Origin: Azolla caroliniana
Lineage: Eukaryota; Plantae; Polypodiophyta
Direction: 5' to 3'
Assembly (NCBI GenBank): GCA_043228905.1
Contig: JBHGNT010000013.1
Location: 16,244,001 to 16,308,000 of the forward strand
Length of the DNA stretch: 64,000 nucleotides
The notes beneath the pieces were generated by a model. That model saw only the letters and a program-made list of their open reading frames with translations. It was not told the origin of the DNA and searched no databases. Shown here in pieces: positions 23,401 to 34,767 of this stretch; the stretch's first letter is position 1; every line of letters begins with the position of its first letter. A program made the translations under genes and the position numbers.

Positions 23401-23563
23401 TTGGAGTTTGCTTATAACAGCTCCAAGCATACGTCGACGGGATATAGTCCTTTTATGTTGATGTATGGTTTTCAGCCACGAGCCCCGATTGATGTTAATA
23501 TACATCATGATGAGTTGCAAAGTACGCAAAACTTTCTTCGGGATATGCAACATATGTTGCATA
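20416..23563 (+). pseudogene. pol of chromovirus (PR, RT, RNase H, integrase), with stops
   Basis: [37 protein letters not shown], catalytic motif mutated to FLAD, VETDASDYAIG, ISMDFIVSLP, SDRDPKF. ORFs 20416-21948, 22048-22974 and 22987-23563. Confidence 0.93.
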
Positions 23564-24180
23564 TGTTGGGATTACGGTCCCTTCGCATGGGATGGTCGGA
23601 TATCGGAGATGAATGCCGACGAGCCCGGTTTCGGTTTCGGATCCGGATGACGAAGACCCCGGTTTCGGTACCGGATGACGAATGTACCCGGAGAGCGATC
23701 CGGATGCAGGGACATATCCGTGAATATGTTCGCTATGGGCCCCTGAGGCTACAGTTGTAAATAGCCCAAAGTCATATAAGTATAAATATGACTTAGGGCA
23801 AACAGTTTTGTTGTTGCTTCTCATTTTTCTGTTTTTTCCACTCAAGAGGAGTGAAGTGTAAGCAGCCGTGAGAGAGAGAGAGAGAGAGAGAGATAGAGCG
23901 CGAGAGAGGAAGAGGACGACGCCTCTGTGTATTTCCGCCGCCTGTGGCGAGGACAGCGAGCTCAAGGTCGTCGCCTTGGAGCTCGTCATTGTATACTTCT
24001 CTTTGTATAGTGTTGTTTGGAGTTTTGTACTCCCGTGGTTTTTCCCATCTAGGGTTTTCCACGTTAATCACTGTGTACTCGTGTATTTCTCTCTTTGGTT
24101 CCTATTTTCTGCTCCATTGATCCGCGATTACTCGGTTGTGGCCGGGTGAAGAAGGTGAATCGAAGCGTCTATTCCTTACA
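23564..24180 (+). repeat. 5' LTR of intact Copia
   Basis: TGTTGGG...CCTTACA; same as 28294-28910, and the ORF-track peptides are identical at offset 4730. Confidence 0.97.
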
Positions 24181-24209
24181 AACTGGTATCAGAGCGACTG
24201 TTGCAGAAA

Positions 24210-27200
24210 ATGGAAGGCGGCGGCAGCGGGCAGCCGATGATGATGGTGCTGAATGCACAGAATTACGCCGACTGGAAGATCAAGATGGAGGATCTTCTGA
24301 TTGTTCGGGACCTGTACGAACCGATTGACAGGTCGGAAATACCGAAAGGGGTACTTGAGTCGGAGTGGAAGCTCCTGAACCGGAAAGCCGTAGCGACGAT
24401 CCGACAATATGTCGATGTAAGCGTCCTACAACATGTGGCGAATGACACCAACGCATATGAGATGTGGAAGAAGCTGTCGGGCCTCTACGAGAGGAAGAAT
24501 GCGTTGAACCGGACCTCCCTGATGAGGAAGATAGTGAACCTCAAGTACCGGGACGGCGAGAGTATGGTCGAACACGTAAGCACGTTCATGGGATTCGTGA
24601 ATCAGCTTGCGGCGATCAAGTTCCCGTTGGAGGATGCAATGCAAGCCATCATCCTGATGTGTACATTGCCAGAAAGCTGGGAGAACTTGGTGGTGACTCT
24701 CAGCACCTCCTGCACCGAAGATAACTTGTCCCTACAAACGGTAAAGACAAGTATTTTGAACGAAGAAGCGCGTCGGAGAGATAAGGAACCGGCCTCCGAC
24801 CCGAAGATGTTGTTTACCGAATCGGATCGGGGAAGACAATGGAACCGGAGTCCGCAAAGACGGGAGAAGTCGGGGACCCGGTCGCAGTCAAGAGGAAGAC
24901 CCACATGCTTCCACTGTGGGAAGCCGGGGCACTTCCGAAAGAATTGTCGGCATTACCGAAAAGACAACGGAGCCGACGACACCGATTCGAAGAAGTCACC
25001 AGAGAGAAACGGTGCATACCGGGGAGCCACGGACCGGAGAGGTTCGGATCGGCGAGGGCAGGACCGGAAAGGAACAACGGCACTCGCGGCAAGTGAGGAA
25101 GAAATCATGCTCATCACCGAAGAAGGAGAGCTAAACATTGCCGGCGATGAGACGACCTGGGTGGTCGATTCCGGAGCATCGTTCCACCTGACCCCGGAGA
25201 GAAGATACTTCTCATCCTACACAGCCGGCGAGCATGGCTGTGTTCGGATGGGAAACGAAGGTACGTGCCGGATTGCCGGCATAGGAGACGTGTGGTTGAC
25301 AACCCCGACCGGATGCAAAATGCTGCTGAAGAATGTCCGACACGTTCCGGAGGTCCGACTGAACCTGATTTCGGCCGGGAGGCTAGACGATGAAGGCTAC
25401 ACGGGTAGCATCCGGAACGGCGTAATGAAGTTCAGCAAGGGGAGCCTGATAGTGGCTCGGGCCCGGAAGGTCAACACACTATACCTGATTAATGCCCGGT
25501 TATGTCCGGAAGAGCTGAATGTGGCAGCCGACACTGCCGATGAGCTGTGGCACAAGAGACTGTGCCACATGAGCGAGAAGGGGATGAAGAGGCTTGCAGA
25601 AGACAACCTCATTCCAGTGAAGCATGTGCACCTGGAGAAGTGCACCGATTGCCTGGCCGGTAAGCAGAACCGAACCTCCTTCCACTCAAGGCCACCGACG
25701 AGACGTAGCGCACCATTGGAGTTGGTGCACACCGACGTGTGTCAGGTAGAAACGAAGTCACATGGCGGAGCCCAGTACTTCGTAACTTTCATAGATGATC
25801 ACAGCCGAAGACTGTGGACGGCACCGTTGAAGACAAAGGACCAAGTGTTGTGCGTCTTCAAAGAACTCCACGCGAGAGTGGAAAGGGAATCCGGCAAGAA
25901 GCTGAAAGCGATACGAGCGGATAACGGAGGGGAATACCGGGGGCAGTTCCAGGAGTACTGTCGCTCGAAGGGAATCCGGCTCGAGTTTACTGTGCCGAAG
26001 ACGCCGGAACTGAACGGGCTGGCCGAGAGGATGAACCGGACCATAATGGAGAGGGTTCGGAGTATGCTTGCGCATGCGAAATTACCCAAGGGGTTTTGGG
26101 CTGAGGCAATGTCGACGGCGACATATGTGATAAACCGATCACCCTCAGTACCTTTGGACGGAGACACGCCGCAGAGAGTGTGGACCGGTAGGGAAGTATC
26201 CTACCGGCATCTGAAGGTGTTCGGGTGTCTCGCATACGTGCACGTGGCGAAGGACCGGAGAGGAAAGCTAGATCCAAAGACCCGGCCATGCATATTCCTC
26301 GGTTACGGCGACGACGAGTTCGGCTACCGAGTATGGGACCCGGTCGACAAGAAGATATTCAGGAGTCGAGATATCATCTTCATGGAGGACAAGACACTCG
26401 CCGACTGGGAGTCGGAGAAGAAGATGAAGAGCTCCAAGTCGACCGGTGAGGATCAACTCTACGAGGAGCAGTCCCGACCGGCAAGGGACCGGTTAACACT
26501 CGAGGATCCGGCCGAAGACGGTGAAGAAACAGAACCGGCCGAAGAAGATGAAAATGATACCGGAACCGGCCCCGATCCCGAAATGGATTCGGATGAAGAA
26601 GAATCGGAAGAACCGGTTACCGAAGCTCCGGAACGGAGATATCCTCTAAGAGAGAGAAGGGCCCCCCGGAGATTTCCGGAACCAGAGCACGTGCTGCTAA
26701 CCGACGAGGGGGAGCCGGAAAGCTTTGAAGAAGCAAAACATGACACCCAGAGCCGCAGGTGGTTGAGTGCCATGCAGGACGAGATGGATTCCCTGCATGA
26801 GAACCACACATATGAACTTGTGGAGTTGCCGAAAGGAAAACGGACACTCCGTAACAAGTGGGTGTTCAAGCTGAAACCGGGAGATGCCGGAAACCCCCCG
26901 AGATATAAAGCCAGGATCGTGGTGAAGGGGTTTCAGCAGAAGAAGGGCGTCGACTTCGACGAGATATTTGCCCCGGTAGTGAAGATGACCTCCATCCGGA
27001 CGGTGCTGAGCATAGCGGCAAGCATGGACCTCGAGGTAGAACAGATGGACGTGAAGACGGCATTCCTTCACGGTGACCTCGAAGAAGAGATCTACATGCA
27101 GCAACCGGAAGGATTCGAGAAGAAAGGGAAGGAGCACCTGGTATGCCGGTTGAAGAAGAGCCTTTACGGACTGAAGCAGGCTCCCCGGCAATGGTACCGG

Positions 27201-28283
27201 AAGTTCGACTCCTTCATGACCGACGAAGGGTACCTCAAAACGCAGTCCGACCACTGCGTGTTTGTGAAGAAGTTTGAAGGAGGAGACTCTCTAATACTCC
27301 TCCTGTACGTGGACGACATGTTGATCGTCGGACGGGACCAGGTCAAGATACGGATGCTGAAGAAGGCTCTTCACCGAACCTTCTCAATGAAGGACCTGGG
27401 TCCGGCGAGGCAAATACTAGGGATGCACATCATCCGGGACCGGAAGAAGAAGCAGTTGTGGCTGTCACAGGAGAAGTACGTGACGAAGGTGCTTCACCGG
27501 TTCAACATGTCGGAAGCGAGACCGGTCGGGTCGACCCTCCCGACAAACTGCAAGCTGTCCAGCAAGCAAAGTCCCAAGACAAAGGCTGAAAAGGAGGATA
27601 TGATGAAAGTGCCGTATGCCTCAGCCGTCGGGAGCTTGATGTACGCCATGGTGTGTACGAGACCGGACATCGGATATGCAGTCGGAGCGGTGAGCCGGTA
27701 CATGAGCAATCCCGGCAAAGAGCATTGGAACGCGGCCAAGTGGATACTCCGATACCTGAAGGGCACGGCAAACGTGTGCCTCCGATTCGGCTCCGGAAAG
27801 CCCGAACTCGACGGCTTTACCGATTCGGATATGTCGGCTGATGCAGATACCAGCCGGTCCACATCAGGGTATGTGATGACGTATGCAGGGGGAGCTGTTT
27901 CATGGCAGTCGAGGCTGCAGAAGACGGTTGCGTTGTCAACCACGGAGGCGGAGTACATGGCGGCTGTTGAAGCCGGCAAGGAAATAATATGGATGAAGGA
28001 CTTCATTAGAGAGCTCGGTATCCGACAGGAGGAGTACCGACTCTACTGCGACAGTCAGAGTGCAATCCACCTTGCGAAGAACGCGGCCTATCACTCCCGG
28101 ACGAAGCACATCCAGCGAAGATATCACTGGATCCGGGAAAGGATAGAAGACAAGGAGTTCGTGCTGACGAAGATCCACACGGACGAGAACGGGTCGGATA
28201 TGCTGACCAAGGTCCTCACACCCGACAAGCTGGAAGCATGCCGGAAGAGGGTCGGATTGGAGAGACATCCCATGCCGAAGTGA
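24210..28283 (+). CDS. Copia Gag-Pol polyprotein (1357 aa from the ATG)
   Basis: CFHCGKPGHFRKNC knuckle, protease WVVDSGAS, GAG-pre-integrase LWHKRLCH, integrase VHTDV / RADNGGEY / NGLAE, RT QMDVKTAFLHG and LLYVDDML, RNase H FTDSD / TEAEY / YCDSQSA. Confidence 0.97.
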   Translation: MEGGGSGQPMMMVLNAQNYADWKIKMEDLLIVRDLYEPIDRSEIPKGVLESEWKLLNRKAVATIRQYVDVSVLQHVANDTNAYEMWKKLSGLYERKNALNRTSLMRKIVNLKYRDGESMVEHVSTFMGFVNQLAAIKFPLEDAMQAIILMCTLPESWENLVVTLSTSCTEDNLSLQTVKTSILNEEARRRDKEPASDPKMLFTESDRGRQWNRSPQRREKSGTRSQSRGRPTCFHCGKPGHFRKNCRHYRKDNGADDTDSKKSPERNGAYRGATDRRGSDRRGQDRKGTTALAASEEEIMLITEEGELNIAGDETTWVVDSGASFHLTPERRYFSSYTAGEHGCVRMGNEGTCRIAGIGDVWLTTPTGCKMLLKNVRHVPEVRLNLISAGRLDDEGYTGSIRNGVMKFSKGSLIVARARKVNTLYLINARLCPEELNVAADTADELWHKRLCHMSEKGMKRLAEDNLIPVKHVHLEKCTDCLAGKQNRTSFHSRPPTRRSAPLELVHTDVCQVETKSHGGAQYFVTFIDDHSRRLWTAPLKTKDQVLCVFKELHARVERESGKKLKAIRADNGGEYRGQFQEYCRSKGIRLEFTVPKTPELNGLAERMNRTIMERVRSMLAHAKLPKGFWAEAMSTATYVINRSPSVPLDGDTPQRVWTGREVSYRHLKVFGCLAYVHVAKDRRGKLDPKTRPCIFLGYGDDEFGYRVWDPVDKKIFRSRDIIFMEDKTLADWESEKKMKSSKSTGEDQLYEEQSRPARDRLTLEDPAEDGEETEPAEEDENDTGTGPDPEMDSDEEESEEPVTEAPERRYPLRERRAPRRFPEPEHVLLTDEGEPESFEEAKHDTQSRRWLSAMQDEMDSLHENHTYELVELPKGKRTLRNKWVFKLKPGDAGNPPRYKARIVVKGFQQKKGVDFDEIFAPVVKMTSIRTVLSIAASMDLEVEQMDVKTAFLHGDLEEEIYMQQPEGFEKKGKEHLVCRLKKSLYGLKQAPRQWYRKFDSFMTDEGYLKTQSDHCVFVKKFEGGDSLILLLYVDDMLIVGRDQVKIRMLKKALHRTFSMKDLGPARQILGMHIIRDRKKKQLWLSQEKYVTKVLHRFNMSEARPVGSTLPTNCKLSSKQSPKTKAEKEDMMKVPYASAVGSLMYAMVCTRPDIGYAVGAVSRYMSNPGKEHWNAAKWILRYLKGTANVCLRFGSGKPELDGFTDSDMSADADTSRSTSGYVMTYAGGAVSWQSRLQKTVALSTTEAEYMAAVEAGKEIIWMKDFIRELGIRQEEYRLYCDSQSAIHLAKNAAYHSRTKHIQRRYHWIRERIEDKEFVLTKIHTDENGSDMLTKVLTPDKLEACRKRVGLERHPMPK

Positions 28284-28293
28284 AGGGGGAGTT

Positions 28294-28910
28294 TGTTGGG
28301 ATTACGGTCCCTTCGCATGGGATGGTCGGATATCGGAGATGAATGCCGACGAGCCCGGTTTCGGTTTCGGATCCGGATGACGAAGACCCCGGTTTCGGTA
28401 CCGGATGACGAATGTACCCGGAGAGCGATCCGGATGCAGGGACATATCCGTGAATATGTTCGCTATGGGCCCCTGAGGCTACAGTTGTAAATAGCCCAAA
28501 GTCATATAAGTATAAATATGACTTAGGGCAAACAGTTTTGTTGTTGCTTCTCATTTTTCTGTTTTTTCCACTCAAGAGGAGTGAAGTGTAAGCAGCCGTG
28601 AGAGAGAGAGAGAGAGAGAGAGATAGAGCGCGAGAGAGGAAGAGGACGACGCCTCTGTGTATTTCCGCCGCCTGTGGCGAGGACAGCGAGCTCAAGGTCG
28701 TCGCCTTGGAGCTCGTCATTGTATACTTCTCTTTGTATAGTGTTGTTTGGAGTTTTGTACTCCCGTGGTTTTTCCCATCTAGGGTTTTCCACGTTAATCA
28801 CTGTGTACTCGTGTATTTCTCTCTTTGGTTCCTATTTTCTGCTCCATTGATCCGCGATTACTCGGTTGTGGCCGGGTGAAGAAGGTGAATCGAAGCGTCT
28901 ATTCCTTACA
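28294..28910 (+). repeat. 3' LTR of intact Copia
   Basis: Follows the PPT; same as the 5' LTR. Confidence 0.97.
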
Positions 28911-29421
28911 GCATATTGCACGAGATAATATAAAAACAGCTCAAGATAGAGTGTGTTTTTATGTCGATCATCATAGGCAACCTCGTGTATTCAACCCTGG
29001 ACAGAAGGTATTTTTACGTGTACCTCACAATTCTAAGACATTGTCTACGGGTAAGTGCACTAAGTTAGCCCCACGGTTTTGTGGACCTTTTACAGTCCTC
29101 AAACGCATTGGGTCATCAGCCTATCGTCTTGCTCTTCCCGATGGTGTTGGAATTCATCCAGTCTTCCATGTGAGTCGTCTAAAAGAACTTCTAGGTTCTA
29201 GCGACAATACAGTTACAACTGAAACTCTGGTTACTTCTGAAGAATTATCATCTAAACCACATGTACCAGAAAGAATTCTCGATGTTAAAACAAAAAAATT
29301 ACGTACTAAAGAAATCCGAGAATTTAAAATAAAATGGATGGATAAATCAATAAAAGATGCCACATGGGAACGCGAAAATACTCTCAGAACTAATTTCCCT
29401 AACTTTCCATTGCAAGAGTGA
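28911..29421 (+). pseudogene. Integrase C-terminus and chromodomain of chromovirus
   Basis: KLAPRFCGPF, HPVFHVSRLK, PERILD...FKIKW...ATWE. Resumes the frame broken at 23563. Confidence 0.9.
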
Positions 29422-29443
29422 AATGTTTTAAAGAGGGGGAGTA

Positions 29444-29899
29444 TGTTACGGGCATACCCATTTAATATCCCGTGGTGAGAATTTACCGTAGTATTCTATA
29501 CACGTGGATAAGTGTGAGGGTTAAACGAGAGTGTAAAGAAGGGGAGGATTACTTTTAATCCTCGGGATTGAGACAACCCATTAGGTCAAGTGTGAACTTG
29601 CCTGGGGGCCTTGGGTATCACTATAAATAAGAGGCCTAGCTACCCTCATTTGATCATCTTTTTTACTACATCGAGACTCTGCTCTTGTGGTGGGTCAACT
29701 CTTGTAGCGAGCGCGCCAGCACCAGGTACGACTCGACGCCACGGTGGTGGTATGGGACGCCGATCGAGGCTCGAGTCCGTCTCGATCCCTTCGCTCGGGG
29801 GTGGTCGGGTGGATCGGCACCCTTCTTTCTCTTTCTCCTTTCTATCTATCATTTGTTTATCCTTATCTTAAGCTTACTTTAGTACCTAGATCTCTAATA
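29444..29899 (+). repeat. 3' LTR of chromovirus
   Basis: Direct repeat of 17528-17983. Confidence 0.95.
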
Positions 29900-32800
29900 G
29901 GCTTCATCAGGCAATCGACGATGTTCACCTCGGTGTCAATCTTGCGGACTTCAAGTTTCTTTTCGTTTACGAGCTCCCGGATATGATGATACCGCAGCTC
30001 AATGTGCTTCGTCTTCGCATGGTAGATGGGATTGTTGATGAGGTGTATTGCGCTCTGTGAGTTGCAATAGATGGTCGTCGTTGGTCAGTTGTTTCAGTTT
30101 GCAGTTCCAAAGTCGGCAGTTAGTCGGTGTAGCCAGATCGCTTCCTTCGTTGTTTTCGATGCTCCTATGTACTCGACTTCTGTGGTAGAAAGAGTCATGC
30201 ACTCTTGAAGTTTCGACCTCCATGATATCGCCCCACCACCATGGGTGAAGATATAGCCTGATGTCAATTTCCGATTATCTGAATTTCCTGCATAGTCGAA
30301 ATCGGTGTAGCCTTTGACTTTAGCTGAGGTTGTCAGTCTGAAAGTCAGTTGTGCATCCAGGGTTCCTTTTAGATACCTAAGGATGTGCTTAACAGCCTCC
30401 CAATGCTTCTTTCCTGGGTTTGACATGTACCAACTGACCACCCCTACGGCATAGGCTAGGTCGGGTGGGGTCGCCACCATTGCGTACATGATACTTCCTA
30501 CTGCTGATGCGTAGGGTATTTTTCCATTAAGTTCTCTCTCCTTGTCCGTCGAAGGAGAATCTCTATCTGATAGTCCAATCGATGTCAAAAGTGGTGTCGA
30601 TGTTGGCTTCGCATTCTCCATTTTGAAGCGCTTCAGCACCTTGCGGATGTATTCAGACTGGGAGAGTCGAAGAGTTTTGGTCGTCCGATTTCGCTGTATC
30701 CTCATGCCTAGTATGTGTCGGGCTTGTCCAAGTTCCTTCATCGCGAACTTTGCGTGAAGGCTCCACTTCAACTTACCGATCTCTACTTGATTGCTTCCTG
30801 CAATCAATATGTCGTCAACGTATAGGATCATATAGATCCTTGACTCGTCGGCCAGTTGCCGAACATACATGCATGGGTCAGAGTCTGATCTATTGTATCC
30901 AAGTTGTTGTATGTGGGAGTCAAAATTCTAGTACCACATTCTCAACACTTGTTTTAGGCCATATGGAGTTTTCTTTAGTCGACATACGAGGTGATTGTCC
31001 TCCCCCGTCATCGTGAAGCATGCCAGTTGAGACATGTATATGTCTTCTTCCAAATCTCCGTGTAGGAATGTCATCTTTACGTCCATCTGCTCGAGCTCTA
31101 GATCTTTTGTCGCCAAGACTCCTAGTAGTAGTCGGAGGGTGATCATCTTGACTACTGGTGAGAATATCTCGTTGTAGTCGACCCCGTATTCTTGTTTGAA
31201 TCCTTTCGTGACAAGCTGAGCTTTGTACTTGGGTTTCTTTGAGTCGGATACGTACTTGTATCGGAAAACCCATTTGCAAGTAGCAGCTTCCTTCCAGTTG
31301 GTAGTTCAACCAGCTCCCATGTCTGATTCTGATGAATCGAGTCCATTTCGGATTTCATGGCTTGTTGTCATGTTTCAGCATCCGGTGCGGTCATAGTTTC
31401 TTCATAGGTTCTTGGTTCACTTGCATCCGTGTAGTTGACGTAGTTGAGGCCCAATTGGTAGAACTATGTTTGCCTTCGAGCTCGTCCAGATCTCCTGTGT
31501 GCCGAGATGTTTGGTTCGGATCCTTCGATTCAGCTCTGTTGGTCGATCGGTATTAGTTGAACCATCTGTATCAGGATTCTTGTTAGGTGTCCCGCCCCCA
31601 AATTGGGATTTCGACGGTGTCTAGTTGTCCTCCCCTATGGTTTTCATCGACTCTTTTTTGACTTGTCTCTTGGTGGCTTTGCCTTTATCGATCCTGGTCA
31701 ATTCGGTTGTGTCTTTGAGTTCGACGATAGGACTTGTTGTCGATTCGGTGTCAACAGGGAAGTTGGTAGCTTCTTGGAGTTTGATTGTTTGTCGAGTCTC
31801 CGATTCAGCCAGGTGGGTTGGTCCTTCTACGACAATGATGTCATCTTCGAAGGATACCTTCTTACCAACTGTTTTCTGTTGATTCCACTGAGAGAAGATA
31901 GATTCTTCAATGAAGACTACGTCGCTGCTCCGGATCAATTTCCGGTTCTCAGGTTCCCAGAGCCGGTAGTCGAAGTCCCCATCGGTTCCATAACCGAGAA
32001 ATATGCACTTTGTTGCATGGGGTGCCAACTTCGTCCTTTTGTTCCTGGGGATGAAGGCGTAGGCTTCGCATCCGAATACACGGAGCCTATTGTAGGTCGG
32101 TTGTTTGCCTGACCATAGTGCATGTGGCACTTCGAGCCTGATTGCTCTTGACGGCGCCAGATTTATTAGGTACACTACCGTCTGGAATGCCTCGGCCCAG
32201 AATTCCAATTTCAGTCCGGCTTGCTGGAGCATTGTTGTCACTCTCTCTTGGATCTTCTTGTTGATCCGTCCTGCCACTCCATTTTGCATGGGTGTGTAGG
32301 GAGCAGTCTTTTGGTGTCAAATCCCTTTTCCGGACAGGTACTGTTTGAAGGCTCTAGAGGTGTACTCACCTCCGTTGTCGGATCGGAGTGTCTTCACTTT
32401 GTATCCCGACCGGTTCTCCACTTCCGATATCCATCCAGTGAAGACATCGAGTGCTTCATCTTTGGACTTGATGGAGTATGCCCAAAATTTCCGTGTACAG
32501 TCATCTACGAGTGTGATGAAGTATCAGGAGCCTCCTAGTGATCGTTCTGGCATGGGCCCACATATGTTTGTGTGCACGAGATCTAGGGGTTGTCGTACCA
32601 TCTCATAGTGGAGAGAGTGCGGACTTCGGGTCTGTTTCCCATATCGACAATGCTCGCAGAAGTCCTTCTTTGCCTGGAGTTTCGGAATGTAGCCGACCGA
32701 CATCAGTCGATCAAGTCCGGCTTGAGACATGTGGCCAAGTCGGCCATGCCATAGGTTCGGGTCGGTTTTCTTGACTACGTTCACGGCCCCTTCTGGGTTG

Positions 32801-34104
32801 ATTGCCATCAATGGGTATAGATTATTATACTTGTGCCCACTACCAATTTTGAGGTTTCCTCAGGTGATCACCCATGTCGACTCATGTAGAGTCGTTCGAT
32901 ACCCGTCTTCGGCTAACATGTCGATGGAGACCAGACTCCTCTTTAGATCGGGTACGTGCCAAACTCGGTGCAGGGTTATTGTGTTGCCATTTGGTAATCT
33001 AATTGGAACCTCCCCGGTTCCGGCTATCTTGCACTCTTGCCCGTTTCCTAGTCGGATTGTGTCGTTGGCGTCAGCTGAATAGTTCGAGAACCATTCAATG
33101 TTGGGGGTCACGTGAAATGTGGCGCCAGAGTCTAGTAGCCACGTGTTTGCAACTTGTGCACTTTAGAGGACTTCTCCGATCATTGAGTCCTCTAAGGAGA
33201 GGATTTCTCCGAATCGGGTGTCGGCAATGTTGATCTGGTTGCCGACTGGAGAATGGTCTGAGTCGGAACGTCCCCGATTCTGCTCGGGTCGCCGACCGCT
33301 CTCTTTTCTTTTTAATGACCAGTAGTCGGAAACATTGTGGCCAGCATTCCTGTAGTGTGTGCAGTACTCACTTGATCGGCCCATTTTCGACTTCGACCGT
33401 TGTCGGTTCCCCCTTGTTTTCGATCGGCTGTAGCGTCGACTGGTTCTCTTGACTTGTTCTTTCGTTCGACTCTGTCGGTCGAATGACCCAATCAAGTGAT
33501 GGGCTTGTGCCGACTCATCGATGGTTAGTCCAATCAATTTTCACTTGATGTCCTCTGTGAGGACTTGGCCGATTGTTTTGTCCAAGTTTAGGATCGGTCG
33601 GCTATTGGCGTATGTCATGCAGAATACCTCCCAACTCGTTGGCAAGCTCGATAGAAGGGCAAGGGCTTTCACTTCTTCTTCGAAGTTGATCCCTTGTGAC
33701 GAGAGCTTAGACAACACCCGGCTAAAGGTGTTGATGTGGGAGGTTGTTGGATCGGTCTCTCTCATCTTCATGTTGAACAGTTGTTTGATCAGAATCAGTT
33801 TCGAAGATGAGGACTGCTTTTCATAAACGGCCTGTAGCTTCTCCCATAATGAGAAAGTTGTCGTCTCTTTCGCCATGCTGAAATACTAGACGTTTTCGGC
33901 CAGATGCATTCGAATGGTGGAGCATGCGATTTCGTCTGTTGATCTCCACTCCTCGGTTGTCATTGAAGCAGGTTTTTCGATGTGCTGAATGGCTTTGACC
34001 TAACTTCGAATGATCAACACATCTTGCATCATCTCCTTCCACAAGGCAAAGTTTTTGCCGTTGAATTTTCTGATTTCAACTCCTATTCCGGATGATGAAG
34101 CCAT
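29900..34104 (-). pseudogene. Gag-Pol of outer Copia, fragmented
   Basis: Start MASSSGIGVEIRKFNGKNFALWK at 34104. ALLSSLPTSW, WLLDSGA, LWHGRLGHMS, ATKCIFLGY, QMDVKMTFLHG, ILYVDDILI, YTDFDYAG, HAKTKHIELRYH. Confidence 0.92.
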
Positions 34105-34204
34105 ATTCTATTTGTGAACTTGAGATTTCTGACCTGGTCTTTTCTTTCAGCTTCTTCTGTTTGTCTGTTGCCGTCGAACAGCAAAGATTCGCTCTAATAC
34201 TAGT

Positions 34205-34497
34205 TGTTGGTAATGAGTGCGGTTTGCGGAAACGTGTGTGGATCTGTTGTCGGTTCTGAATAGCAAACAACGCAGACAGAAAATAGAATGGGCGTCGACT
34301 TACACAGTGCAAGATCTAATGGAAAATTGTATTGCTTCGTTCTCATTCTCTCTTTCAGAGATACAATACACCGACACTTCGTCTGTCTGTCACTCGTCAT
34401 TCTATACAATGTTAGGTATTCGCTTATATACTAACTTATTGATGAGTTCACACTCGGACGGATACAACTTGGAAGGAGTCAGCCTTTTATGCCAACA
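34205..34497 (-). repeat. 5' LTR of outer Copia
   Basis: Direct repeat of 3704-4004, adjacent to the degenerate Met PBS. Confidence 0.92.
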
Positions 34498-34767
34498 TCA
34501 CTTGCCCTTTCATAGCAAGGAGTATACCATAGCTTGTTTTGATGAAATCACCAAGAGAGATATGTTTGTACCTTGAAAAATATGTGTCATTCGTGGTTGG
34601 CAGCACATGTGAGCTACGTCCAAGAAGACGATGTAATTATGATAGTTTATGCAACGATCTATAGTGACAATTACATGCTCACAATGTCCATTGACAATGA
34701 CCAACTTGCACATGATAACAATGACCAACGACACAATAGGTCTTGAAGAGAGAGAAAAGTCGAGACA

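Larger units (their letters stand above)
23564..28910 (+). mobile_element. Intact Ty1/Copia retrotransposon (Tnt1/Tork-like)
   Basis: 617-bp LTRs 23564-24180 and 28294-28910 with no difference seen. TSD GCATA at 23559-23563 and 28911-28915. PBS TGGTATCAGAGC 24184-24195. PPT 28282-28291. One uninterrupted ORF. Confidence 0.98.
17528..29899 (+). mobile_element. Ty3/Gypsy chromovirus (tRNA-Met primed), interrupted by a Copia
   Basis: 456-bp LTRs 17528-17983 and 29444-29899 (TG...TA, about 7 differences by eye). TSD GGCTT at 17523-17527 and 29900-29904. PBS TGGTATCAGA 17986-17995. PPT 29431-29441. Confidence 0.95.
3704..34497 (-). mobile_element. Old Ty1/Copia LTR retrotransposon, outermost element of the nest
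   Basis: LTRs 3704-4004 and 34205-34497 (TG...CA, roughly 90% identical by eye). TSD TCACT at 3699-3703 and 34498-34502. Degenerate Met PBS at 34191-34202 (minus) and PPT at 4005-4013 (minus). Domain order gag-PR-INT-RT-RH on the minus strand. Confidence 0.93.

Noticed and set aside
23495-24149. ORFs within the Copia LTR (also 28216-28879)
   Set aside because: Chance frames through GA microsatellite and LTR sequence.
24210-28283. Horizontal transfer or bacterial contamination suggested by high GC
   Set aside because: Ordinary plant Copia with a TSD inside a host element; youth explains the composition, and transfer cannot be judged without a phylogeny.
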